From Gemmatimonadota bacterium (GTDB lineage Bacteria > Gemmatimonadota > Gemmatimonadetes > Gemmatimonadales > GWC2-71-9): 14,789 nt of DNA. The notes below the pieces were generated by a model, which searched no databases, was not told the DNA's origin, and saw only the letters and a list, made by a program, of their open reading frames with translations. This document shows, piece by piece, positions 1 to 8,392 of the stretch (its first letter is position 1; every line of letters begins with the position of its first letter). Location: positions 1-14,789 of the forward strand of contig JAZDCY010000100.1 in NCBI GenBank assembly GCA_036679645.1, in the 5' to 3' direction. The position numbers were made by a program, and so were the translations under genes.

Positions 1-2300
1 TGCCGCTCGGCGGGGTACATGGCGACCTCCCAGTTCTCCTTGCCCAGCTCGATCAACCGCTGCGCCAGACGGGCAGTATCGTAGAAGAGCACGTTGTCGT
101 CCACCATGCCGTGTGCCATCAAGAGGTGTCCCTCGAGGCCCTCGGCGTGATAGATGGGCGAAGACTGGATATACGCTGTCGAGTCTTCCTGCGGGGCGTT
201 CAGGATGCCTGAGGTGTAGCCGTCGTTGTAGTGCGCCCAGTCGGTCACGGGCCGGAGCGCCGCGCCGGCGGCGAAGACGCCCGGCTTGGTGAACATGGCC
301 ATTAGGGTGATAAACCCACCGTAGCTCCCACCGTAGATCCCAATCTTCGTGGAATCCACGCCCATGTTGTCAACCAGCCATTTGGCTCCCACAACCTGAT
401 CGTCCAGATCGCGCCCGCCCATGAAGCGGTAGATCGCGGTCCGCCAGTCGCGGCCGTGGCCCGCACTGGCCCGATAGTCCATGTCGAGTACCGCGTAGCC
501 GCGTGCCGCGAGCAGGTGATGGAACATGTACTCCCGGAAGTAGCGCGACCACCAATTGTGGACATTCTGCAGGTAACCGGCGCCGTGCACGAACACGACG
601 GCACGTCGCTGGCCCATGGGCCCGGCATTCCCCGTTGGCCGATACAGCCGGGCCGGCACGTCGACCCCGTCATCGGCCGTGATCATGACGATCTCAGGTC
701 TGATCCACGGACCGCGGCGCCACTCCTCTGTCGTACTCTCCGTGATCTGCCGCGTTTCACGACCCGGCCGGTTCTGCTGCACGTACAGTTCCGGCGGATG
801 ATCCGCGACCGAAAGGAGCATGGCGAGCCAGCGTCCATCAGGTGAGGGTGTCGCATCCTGCCGTCCCATCGCGTCTGTGATGCGACGCAATTCCCCGCCC
901 GACGCCGGAAGTGCGTAGAGGTGCACCTCCTGGAATCCCTCGCGGTTGGCGGTCAGATAGAATGTCTCCCCGTCCTCCGAGCGCCGCAGGCCCAGGACCT
1001 CCCACTCTCCGCTCGTGAGCGCGCGCGGCTCTCCACCCGCCGCCGGCACCGTGTACAGGTGCGTCCAACCGGTCCGCTCCGAACCGAACCACACGGTTTC
1101 CCCATCGTTCAGGAATCCGCCGAGCCGTGGCACGAACGGCCCGGGGAACCCCAGCCACGCGTCATCATGCTCGTGCGCTACGATCCGTTCTTCCTTGCTC
1201 TCGAGGTCCACGACCACCCACCAGCGGTTCTCATCGTCGAGCGACTCGACGCGTAGCAGCGCGTACTTGGAGTTCGACGAGACGGCCATGCCAGAGATAG
1301 ACCGGTCGCCCTCCCCTACGCTGTCGGCGACGAAGGTGACCGCACCGGTGGCAACATCGAGTACGGCAGCCCGCGATTCAGTGGGCTTATCTCCCACCTT
1401 GGTACGTCCGGTGTACGTATCCAGGTACCCGTCATCGGTAATCCAGACGGCCATTTCTACGCGGCGTCGGTCGCGCGGCGTCTCGCTGACGTTCAGGAGC
1501 ACGAACTGCCCGTCGGGAGTGACCCGTAGCCCGGAGGCATTCTTATGTTCCCCCGGATAGAACGGTTTGGGGCGCGTCGAATCTTCTGGCGTCTCCCGGT
1601 TCCACGGCTGGCGCTTGTAGCGGCCGCTACGAATGAAATCGAACAGCCGTTCCTGTTGCTCGGTCAGGAAGGCTCGCTGCCCTTCCGGTTCGCTGTCCTC
1701 GGGCGGCTCCTTGCCACGACGTATGTCGGTGAGTTGCCGTTGCTCGACCGACTCGAGGTCGATGGCGAAGATGTTCGAGCCACGCTGGAAGTAGATCGTG
1801 TTCTCGTCTAGCCCCCACTGCGGGTTGGACTCCCGCTCGAACGTGCGCGTCAATCGATGGACAGTGCGCCCGTCCCAGAGATGCAGCTCGCCGTCCCGAT
1901 TGAACACCGCACGGCGGCCGTTGCGCGACCAGGTAGCGTTCCCGGCGACGATCGTATCCCGATCCGCCCCCTCGAACCGTTCGGGATCTCCGCCATCGGG
2001 ACGCACCCGATAGACCACGAGATTCGTGTCGACACCCGGCTGTTGCCAACGGAAATAGATGTATCGGCTATCAGGCGTCCATCCGATCAGTTGCGGCGCG
2101 CGGCCCACCAGCTCGAAGCCGCGCATGATGTTGTCGACCGTGAGCTCGAACTCCTGGGCGTGCGCGGTGCTGGCTGCGCCGAGCGCTACGAGCAGGAGGC
2201 CGAGGGTGCGCAGCCGAGGTACGCGGTGCGCCGTGCGCGGTGCGCGGGGGTACGCGAATTGGGTGGGGCGATGGATAACGGAACGGAGAGCAAAGCACAT
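1..2300 (-). CDS. Secreted S9-family (dipeptidyl peptidase IV / prolyl oligopeptidase-like) serine peptidase, 3' end outside the window
   Basis: Missing from the ORF track because there is no stop in the window. Manual translation of both ends gives the same frame. ATG at 2300 has GAGG upstream. The signal peptide ends ...LGLLLVALGAASTAHA|QEFELTVDNIMRG. The C-terminus has the nucleophile motif GIYGGSYGG and LLMAHGMVDDNV (catalytic Asp), and ends YPAERH at the window edge (catalytic His position). Confidence 0.92.
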   Translation of the reverse strand, partial: MCFALRSVIHRPTQFAYPRAPRTAHRVPRLRTLGLLLVALGAASTAHAQEFELTVDNIMRGFELVGRAPQLIGWTPDSRYIYFRWQQPGVDTNLVVYRVRPDGGDPERFEGADRDTIVAGNATWSRNGRRAVFNRDGELHLWDGRTVHRLTRTFERESNPQWGLDENTIYFQRGSNIFAIDLESVEQRQLTDIRRGKEPPEDSEPEGQRAFLTEQQERLFDFIRSGRYKRQPWNRETPEDSTRPKPFYPGEHKNASGLRVTPDGQFVLLNVSETPRDRRRVEMAVWITDDGYLDTYTGRTKVGDKPTESRAAVLDVATGAVTFVADSVGEGDRSISGMAVSSNSKYALLRVESLDDENRWWVVVDLESKEERIVAHEHDDAWLGFPGPFVPRLGGFLNDGETVWFGSERTGWTHLYTVPAAGGEPRALTSGEWEVLGLRRSEDGETFYLTANREGFQEVHLYALPASGGELRRITDAMGRQDATPSPDGRWLAMLLSVADHPPELYVQQNRPGRETRQITESTTEEWRRGPWIRPEIVMITADDGVDVPARLYRPTGNAGPMGQRRAVVFVHGAGYLQNVHNWWSRYFREYMFHHLLAARGYAVLDMDYRASAGHGRDWRTAIYRFMGGRDLDDQVVGAKWLVDNMGVDSTKIGIYGGSYGGFITLMAMFTKPGVFAAGAALRPVTDWAHYNDGYTSGILNAPQEDSTAYIQSSPIYHAEGLEGHLLMAHGMVDDNVLFYDTARLAQRLIELGKENWEVAMYPAER

Positions 2301-2382
2301 GCACAGACCTCACAGAGAACAGAACCGGCAGGAAGCTACCCGGGGAGGAGAAGCGTCGCCATCACCTTGCGCCATTCCGCGG

Positions 2383-3102
2383 TCAAAACTTCAGCACATG
2401 TACGACGACCGCTGTTCCCGCCCCGAGCGCCGCCCCGGCCAGGACATCCGACGGGAAGTGTTTGCCCGCCGTAACCCGCATCACCCCCACACCTGCTGCG
2501 GCGGCAACCGCGACCCATCCCGGAACGCCGGGGCTCCCGTGGAGCGTACGGCGGCTGAGCCAATAGCTCGTAGCCACCGCAAACGCGGCCGCCGTGTGTC
2601 CGGACGGGAGCGAGCGACGACTATTCCGCCCGCTCACCGCCGCCGGGGCCTCAACCGTGTAGAGGACCGGCCGGCGTCTCCCGATGATACCTTTGAACAT
2701 CTCGGCTAACCCGACCGCCCAAGCCCCGGTTTCCACAATCGCCACGGCGTGCCGCGCCCCGGCCGGCGTACTCGCCAGCTCCGCTCCGGCCACGCCGGCC
2801 AGCCCAACCAGCAACACGGTGCTCGCCCGGCCCCAGCCCCTTCTCGGCTCGGCGATTGCCCACCGGTCGAACGCCGGAAGTCCGGAGCGGTCGCACGGAG
2901 CACAGTCCGAGGGCCCCGGCCCAATGTGAAAGACGCGTGGCGTCACGTATAGCACCGATGCGACACCGATCGACGCCACGTCGCGTAGGGAGAGGGCCGC
3001 GTGGACACTGGGCTCCTGCCCAACAGCCGGCGTCGAGAGCCCTAAAGCCACTAGAAACACTAGGATAGAGAGCTGGCGCGGGCTCTTGTGTGATAGTCGC
3101 AA
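2383..3102 (-). CDS. PAP2-family membrane phosphatase (lipid-phosphate phosphatase-like)
   Basis: All three PAP2 motifs are present: KGIIGRRRP (Kx6RP), PSGH and MRVTAGKHFPSD. It has several hydrophobic helices and a signal-like N-terminus (LSILVFLVALGLSTPAVGQ). The start is uncertain: TTG 3102 chosen; GTG 3060, GTG 3117 or the track's 3162 are alternatives. Confidence 0.85.
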   Translation of the reverse strand: MRLSHKSPRQLSILVFLVALGLSTPAVGQEPSVHAALSLRDVASIGVASVLYVTPRVFHIGPGPSDCAPCDRSGLPAFDRWAIAEPRRGWGRASTVLLVGLAGVAGAELASTPAGARHAVAIVETGAWAVGLAEMFKGIIGRRRPVLYTVEAPAAVSGRNSRRSLPSGHTAAAFAVATSYWLSRRTLHGSPGVPGWVAVAAAAGVGVMRVTAGKHFPSDVLAGAALGAGTAVVVHVLKF

Positions 3103-3114
3103 CAGGGCTAAAAT
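3086..3114 (+). promoter_or_regulatory. Putative sigma70 promoter of the spt operon
   Basis: TTGTGT (3086-3091), 17 nt spacer, TAAAAT (3109-3114) in a locally AT-richer patch about 60 nt upstream of the spt GTG. Confidence 0.5.
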
Positions 3115-3176
3115 CACAGGGTTTGCCAACCGGGAGTTGGACCGTGGCGGGCGCACTTTCAACCCACCGAGGCGTT

Positions 3177-4379
3177 GTGGATACGCAGACGTTACAGCAA
3201 ATCCAGCTCTTCGACAAATGCAAGAGCTTCACCCGCGCCAGAGAGATCGAGGCGCAGGGGCTTTATCCCTACTTCAAACCCATCGAGCGGGCCGAAGACA
3301 CAGTTGTGGTGATCGACGGTCACGAGAAGGTGATGATGGGGTCGAACAATTACCTCGGCCTCACCCACCACCCGCGCGTCCTCGAGGCGGCGAAACGGGC
3401 GCTCGAGCAGTACGGATCTGGCTGCACGGGGAGCAGGCTCCTGAACGGGACGATGGATCTCCACATACAACTCGAGGAACGGCTGGCCGAGTTCTTCAAC
3501 AAGGAAGCCGCCCTCGTGTTCTCGACGGGGTACGGGGCGAACCTGGGGCTCATTTCCGGGCTTGTCGGACGCACGGACGTCGTGTTGCTGGATAAGCTCG
3601 ACCACGCCTCTATTGTAGACGGCGCCAAGATGGCATTCGGCCATACCGAGCGCTTTTCCCACTGCAATTTCGACCAACTCGAGCGCCTGCTCCAGAAACA
3701 CGAGAACCGTGGAACGATGATCGCCGTCGACGGCGTGTTCTCGATGGAGGGGAATATCGCCGACGTTCCCAATCTCGTGCGTCTGGCCCAGCGCTACGGC
3801 GCTGCACTGGTTATCGATGACGCGCACGCGCTCGGTGTAATGGGACCGCACGGCGACGGTACGGCGGCGCATTTCGGCCTCAACGACGAGGTCGACATAA
3901 TCGTGGGAACGTTCTCGAAGTCGCTGGCATCGGTCGGCGGGTTCCTGGTTGGGCCGGACGAAGTCGTACACTACCTCAAGAACCACAGCCGGCCGTTCAT
4001 ATTCACGGCGGCGCTACCGCCGGCGAACACCGCGGGCGTGCTCGCCGCGTTCCAGGTCATGCAAGACGAGCCCGAACGCCGCGAGCACCTATGGGAGAAT
4101 ACGCGCCGCCTGCAGACCGGGTTCCGGCAACTCGGTTTCGATATCGGACCCACACGGACGCCTATCGTTCCTGTACTGATCGGTGAGCTCGAGCACACAT
4201 TCCGTTTCTGGCGGCGCCTCTTCGATGCGGGTGTGTTCACCAACCCCGTCGTCCCGCCGGCGGTCCCGCACGACGGCTGCCGGCTCCGGACGAGCCTCAT
4301 GGCGACGCACACCGTTGACCAGATAGACTTCGTGCTCGGGCAGTTCGAGCAACTGGGACGCGAGACGGGGGTGATTTGA
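3177..4379 (+). CDS. spt: Serine palmitoyltransferase (PLP-dependent alpha-oxoamine synthase family)
   Basis: Motifs NNYLGL, GSRLLNG, DHASIVDG, DGVFSMEG, DDAH and the PLP-lysine motif GTFSKSLASVGG. GTFSKS is the form typical of SPT, versus GTLSKA or GTLGKA in BioF and Kbl. Also RPFIFTAALPP. Context is bCerS/CerR-like genes rather than bio genes. Start moved to GTG 3177 (GAGG upstream) from the track's 3090. Confidence 0.85.
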   Translation: MDTQTLQQIQLFDKCKSFTRAREIEAQGLYPYFKPIERAEDTVVVIDGHEKVMMGSNNYLGLTHHPRVLEAAKRALEQYGSGCTGSRLLNGTMDLHIQLEERLAEFFNKEAALVFSTGYGANLGLISGLVGRTDVVLLDKLDHASIVDGAKMAFGHTERFSHCNFDQLERLLQKHENRGTMIAVDGVFSMEGNIADVPNLVRLAQRYGAALVIDDAHALGVMGPHGDGTAAHFGLNDEVDIIVGTFSKSLASVGGFLVGPDEVVHYLKNHSRPFIFTAALPPANTAGVLAAFQVMQDEPERREHLWENTRRLQTGFRQLGFDIGPTRTPIVPVLIGELEHTFRFWRRLFDAGVFTNPVVPPAVPHDGCRLRTSLMATHTVDQIDFVLGQFEQLGRETGVI

Positions 4380-5509
4380 CGGGAAGTGTGCGCGTGCGGC
4401 CCGTTCGGACGGCCGCCGACCTCAAGCGCTTCATCGATTTTCCGTACCGACTGCACCGAGGGGACCCGCTTTGGGTCCCCCCGTTGCGTATGGACGTGAA
4501 AGGCATGCTGGACAGGAAGAAGAACCCGTTCTTTCAGCATGCCGAGGCGGAGTATTTTTTGGCGGAAAGGGAAAGCGGGAGAGCGGGAGGAGAGATCGTC
4601 GGTCGGATCGCAGCGATCGACAACCGCGCGCACAACGAGTTCCACGACGAGAACGTGGGGTTCTTCGGCTTCTTTGAATGCGCCGACGAACAGCCGGTGG
4701 CAAACGCCCTGTTCGGCGCGGCGGCGGACTGGCTCGAGGAACGCGGCCGGGCGCTCATGCGCGGGCCCACGTCGTTTTCCACGAACGACGAGTGCGGACT
4801 GCTAGTTGACGGCTTCGACACACCTCCGACGGTCCTGAACCCACACAATCCGCCGTACTACGTTGCGCTCGTAGAGGCGGCCGGGTTTTCCCGTGCCAAA
4901 GACCTGCTGCAGTTCCAGAGCACAAACCCGACGATGCCCGAGCGTCTGCTTCGCGCCGCTCAGCTCCTCGCGCAGCGCAAGAAGATCACGCTGCGGCGCA
5001 TCAACATGAAACGGTTCGACCAGGAGATCGAGCATATCAAGCGGCTGTACAATGCGGGGTGGGAAAAGAACTGGGGCTTCATCCCCATGACGGACGCCGA
5101 GATCGACCACCTGGCCAAGCAGCTGAAACCCGTCCTGGTGCCGGATCTCGTGGTGTTCGTCGAACGGGAGGGTGAGGTGATCGGGTTCGCCGCTGCGTTG
5201 CCCGATCTGAACGTCGCCCTCAAGAAAAACCCTTCCGGGCGCATCTTTCCCGGCATCATCAAGGTGTTGCTGGCCTCCCGCAAGATCACGCGGATCCGCA
5301 TTCTCCTTCTCGGATTGCTACCGGAATACCGCAAGACGGGCGCCGACGCGCTCATGTATCATTGGATCTGGGAAAAGGGAACCGCCCTTGGTTATCGCTG
5401 GGCGGAGGGCGGTTGGATTCTCGATGACAACGTCGCGATGAAGAACGGGCTGCTGCGCATTGGCTTCGAGCCATACAAGACATTGCGGCTCTACGACCGT
5501 CCCTTGTGA
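4376..5509 (+). CDS. bcerS: GNAT-fold N-acyltransferase, bacterial ceramide synthase-like
   Basis: 377 aa with the blocks FIDFPYRLHRGDPLWVPPL, NPFF, GRIAAI, GFFGFFEC, MRGPTSFSTNDECGLLVDGF, HNPPYY, WEKNWGFIPMT and GWILDDN, which I recognise from bCerS-type proteins. The TTG start overlaps the spt stop (TTGA); GTG 4388 is an alternative. Confidence 0.8.
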   Translation: MTGSVRVRPVRTAADLKRFIDFPYRLHRGDPLWVPPLRMDVKGMLDRKKNPFFQHAEAEYFLAERESGRAGGEIVGRIAAIDNRAHNEFHDENVGFFGFFECADEQPVANALFGAAADWLEERGRALMRGPTSFSTNDECGLLVDGFDTPPTVLNPHNPPYYVALVEAAGFSRAKDLLQFQSTNPTMPERLLRAAQLLAQRKKITLRRINMKRFDQEIEHIKRLYNAGWEKNWGFIPMTDAEIDHLAKQLKPVLVPDLVVFVEREGEVIGFAAALPDLNVALKKNPSGRIFPGIIKVLLASRKITRIRILLLGLLPEYRKTGADALMYHWIWEKGTALGYRWAEGGWILDDNVAMKNGLLRIGFEPYKTLRLYDRPL

Positions 5510-6498
5510 GAGCATTCGTCACCGGCGGGACGGGGTTCGTCGGATCGCACCTGGTCGATCACCTGCTGGACACCGGCCATCACGTCACATGTCTCGTTCG
5601 TAGTCCCGCCAAAGCCGAACGCCTGTTCCCTTCGTCCCGCTCGCCTGACATCGTACGTGGCGATCTTTCCGATGCCTCCGCACTGCGCAAGGGAATCGAA
5701 CGGGCAGAGGTGGTGTTCCATGTGGCGGGGCTCATCGCCGCGCGAAACAGGGCGCACTCCTTCGAGATCAACGAGGGAGGCACGGCTCTGCTGCTGGAGG
5801 TTGCGCGCAGCACCGGCGGGCCACTGCGGCGGTTTGTGTACGTGAGCTCGCTGGCGGCCGCCGGTCCCTCACGCCGCGGCAGGGCGCTTCAGGGAGGCGA
5901 GCAGGAAAACCCGGTCACACACTACGGTGCCAGCAAGCTTGCGGGCGAGTTGGCTGTGCGGGGATCGTCGCTACCGTGGACCGTCGTGCGGCCCCCGACG
6001 GTATACGGTCCTCGGGACACGGAGATGCTCAAGGTGTTCCGCATGGCGCAAAAGGGCGTGGCTCCAGTGTTCGGTGACGGGGAACAGGAACTTTCGGTCG
6101 TCTACGCAAAGGACCTGGCGCGAGCGTTCCTCGCCGTCGCACTGGCATCAGACACCGCCGGCAAGACGTACTTCGCGAGTCACCCCGATATCGTCCGCTC
6201 GCGTGCCCTCGTGACGGCAATTCACCGGACCGTGCGCAACCGGCCCGACGCGACGCCGTTCGTCCTCCCCATCCCGGGGCTCTTGGCACGCGCCGGCCTG
6301 TGGCTCACGGGAACCGCCGCGCGCGTCGTCGGTCGCACGACGCTGCTCTCTGCAGACAAGGCCAACGAGTTCCTGGCGGAAGCGTGGACCTGCTCGGCGG
6401 CCGCGCTCGAGCGAGACACTGGCTGGACCGCTAACTACAGCCTGGCCGCCGGCCTCGCCGAAACCGTCGCGTGGTACCGCAGCGTCGGCTGGCTCTGA
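5506..6498 (+). CDS. cerR: Extended SDR NAD(P)-dependent reductase, probable ceramide/3-keto reductase (CerR-like)
   Basis: Rossmann motif TGGTGFVG, catalytic Ser region VSSLAA, YxxxK (YGASK) and RPPTVYGP. GTGA overlap with the bcerS stop. The family call is secure; the CerR assignment rests on operon context. Confidence 0.68.
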   Translation: MRAFVTGGTGFVGSHLVDHLLDTGHHVTCLVRSPAKAERLFPSSRSPDIVRGDLSDASALRKGIERAEVVFHVAGLIAARNRAHSFEINEGGTALLLEVARSTGGPLRRFVYVSSLAAAGPSRRGRALQGGEQENPVTHYGASKLAGELAVRGSSLPWTVVRPPTVYGPRDTEMLKVFRMAQKGVAPVFGDGEQELSVVYAKDLARAFLAVALASDTAGKTYFASHPDIVRSRALVTAIHRTVRNRPDATPFVLPIPGLLARAGLWLTGTAARVVGRTTLLSADKANEFLAEAWTCSAAALERDTGWTANYSLAAGLAETVAWYRSVGWL

Positions 6499-6507
6499 CC
6501 CACACCG

Positions 6508-6536
6508 ACCGGCTCCTGGTGCGTGCGGGCGCCGGT
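6508..6536. terminator. Imperfect hairpin between convergent genes
   Basis: ACCGGC (6508-6513) pairs with GCCGGT (6531-6536), with further partial pairing inside, in the 37-nt convergent gap. No U-tract. Confidence 0.25.
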
Positions 6537-7690
6537 TACCTGTGTTGGTGGTTATGGCCGTCCGCCGCGGTCGAATCCGACCGCATCAGTTCGGCAATCG
6601 AGCCGCTCACCTCACGCAGGTAGTGCCGGCGATCGAGCACGTACAACTCGTCAGTCTCGTCGGCGAGCGGCCACTCATCCGCCGACGGAATGAATAGACC
6701 CGCGATCACCCCCATACCGCCGGCGGGGATCGTGTCCGCGCTCTGATTGTCGTACGTCACCGTAACCCGGTAGGTGTGATCGCGGTGGATACGGACACCG
6801 AACCGCCGGTACAGCCGCCCGACGGTGACACCGACCAGTTGCCCCTCTTCATCGAGAACGGGCACACCTTCCCAGATCTGTCTGCCGTCGGTGACGTCCT
6901 CAAACACGAGGTTGACCGCGTGGGGGTGCATGTGACCGCCGATCGCGACGATCCGCCCATCGAGCGACGGGCTACCCTCCCACGACTTTGAGGACAGACC
7001 CGGCGGCAGATCGAAGTCCTTGTCACCGGCCGGGAACGCAACGTCCATCTGGAATCCGTACACAGAAAAGAGCGGCCACGGCCGGCCGGTGCGCATGTAC
7101 TTGAAGTAGAACCGCACCGTGACGTCCTCCCAGGCTCTTCCCGTGGGATTGTGCAGCATCGCCGCGACCACCAGGGGCTGCCCGGCGACTACCGGGTTCC
7201 CAAACAGGAATCGCGGCATCTGCATAGGGGGCGTTTCCGAGCCGACCGCCACTACGCGATACGAGATCGGCAGGAACAGATCGCGGCGGAGTGGATCGAT
7301 CACGTTCAGGTGATGCAGCACCTGGGTTGGGACCTCGTTGCCCTGCCCATCGACAACCTCGTAGCCGAACCCGTAGATGTAGGCGTCGAAGGGGACTCTG
7401 ACCTCCTGCACGGGAGGCATGATCATCCCTCCGTGGTGCCCGCCACCCTCGGTGGCGGCGGCGTCTCCACCCATTTGCATGCGATCGCCCATCTGCATTG
7501 CCTGACGCATCTGCATGCTGTAATCACCCTGCCCCTCCGCCGGCAGGGGCAGGTCGACCGGACCAATTGAGATGACCAACAGGTTGTCCTCCACGGCGAT
7601 TCGGGTGGTCGCCTGATCCTGAGCCTGTAGGGCCACGCCATGACCGAGGAGTACCGCAACCACCGTCAGGATGCCGCTCTTGCTTCGCAT
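6536..7690 (-). CDS. Exported copper type II (PHM/DbH-like) monooxygenase-like protein
   Basis: ATG 7690 has GGAGG upstream. Signal peptide MRSKSGILTVVAVLLGHGVALQA|Q. Candidate Cu ligands are LHHL (H126,H127), MLHN (H180), GGHMH (H253,H255) and YDN...GGMG (M326). It also has a Met/His-rich N-terminal insert and a His-rich tail. Confidence 0.68.
   Translation of the reverse strand: MRSKSGILTVVAVLLGHGVALQAQDQATTRIAVEDNLLVISIGPVDLPLPAEGQGDYSMQMRQAMQMGDRMQMGGDAAATEGGGHHGGMIMPPVQEVRVPFDAYIYGFGYEVVDGQGNEVPTQVLHHLNVIDPLRRDLFLPISYRVVAVGSETPPMQMPRFLFGNPVVAGQPLVVAAMLHNPTGRAWEDVTVRFYFKYMRTGRPWPLFSVYGFQMDVAFPAGDKDFDLPPGLSSKSWEGSPSLDGRIVAIGGHMHPHAVNLVFEDVTDGRQIWEGVPVLDEEGQLVGVTVGRLYRRFGVRIHRDHTYRVTVTYDNQSADTIPAGGMGVIAGLFIPSADEWPLADETDELYVLDRRHYLREVSGSIAELMRSDSTAADGHNHQHR
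7463..7516 (-). repeat. Three 18-nt in-frame units encoding MQMRQA-MQMGDR-MQMGGD
   Basis: ATGCARATG (minus strand) occurs at 7516-7508, 7498-7490 and 7480-7472, an exact 18-nt period. Confidence 0.75.
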
Positions 7691-7711
7691 GTTACAAGCC
7701 TCCATCCAGAT

Positions 7712-8392
7712 TCAAGCCGTTTTGGGCGAGGTGTCATGCTCCCCGGCAGGCCTGCGGCGGGAATTGAACCACCAAACCAGCAGCGCAAGCCCAATCGACG
7801 CCACGGATATGGTGGCCAGTGCCTGCGGGCTGATCTTCCACCAGAGCCCCAGCGCGGCAAAAAACCACAGCCGGGGAAACCGCCCCAAGAACGTCGCCAA
7901 CAGATACCGGTTCACCGGGTACTCCGCGATCGGCGCCAGGATGCGCACGGTCCAGTAGGGAAACGGCGACCAGCTACAGAGCCACACGGTGAAGAACGGC
8001 GCCCGCTCAAAGAGCCCAACCACGCGACGCACCGTGCGGCTCTCCCGCGCGTGGGCCAGTGCCCGCATCGAGAGGATCTTCCTGTACAGGTAGTAATTCA
8101 GAAACTCGATATAGAGCGTGCCAAGAATACCGAGGAATCCGATCAGCAACGGCGAGTAGATCCTGCCGAAGAGCATGAGGATCGGCTCGTAGGTGGCCGG
8201 CAGGAACATTCCGAGCGGCCCATTGACCCAGATGGTGACGAGCACAAACGCCACCAGCCCACCAATTGCCGGTGGGAAAACCAGTGCTACGGGAATCGCC
8301 AGGAGTGCCACGACCCCAGTCCCACGCACGACACCGTCCCATGCCAGGTTCCCGTGTCGTCTGACGAAGAGACGTTCATGCATGGAATTCAT
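7712..8392 (-). CDS. DedA/VTT (YqaA-like) membrane protein
   Basis: 226 aa, multi-pass, with FLPATYEPILMLFG, SPFPYWTVRILA and YLLATFLGRFPRLW resembling DedA/VTT motifs. ATG 8392 overlaps the upstream stop (ATGA), so the track's extension to 8716 is unnecessary. Confidence 0.75.
   Translation of the reverse strand: MNSMHERLFVRRHGNLAWDGVVRGTGVVALLAIPVALVFPPAIGGLVAFVLVTIWVNGPLGMFLPATYEPILMLFGRIYSPLLIGFLGILGTLYIEFLNYYLYRKILSMRALAHARESRTVRRVVGLFERAPFFTVWLCSWSPFPYWTVRILAPIAEYPVNRYLLATFLGRFPRLWFFAALGLWWKISPQALATISVASIGLALLVWWFNSRRRPAGEHDTSPKTA

Noticed and set aside
3090..4379. Annotation as bioF (8-amino-7-oxononanoate synthase) or kbl, and a start at 3090
   Set aside because: The GTFSKS motif and the bCerS/CerR-like neighbours favour SPT, and no bio or tdh genes are nearby. 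Position 3090 falls inside the predicted promoter, whereas GTG 3177 has an RBS.
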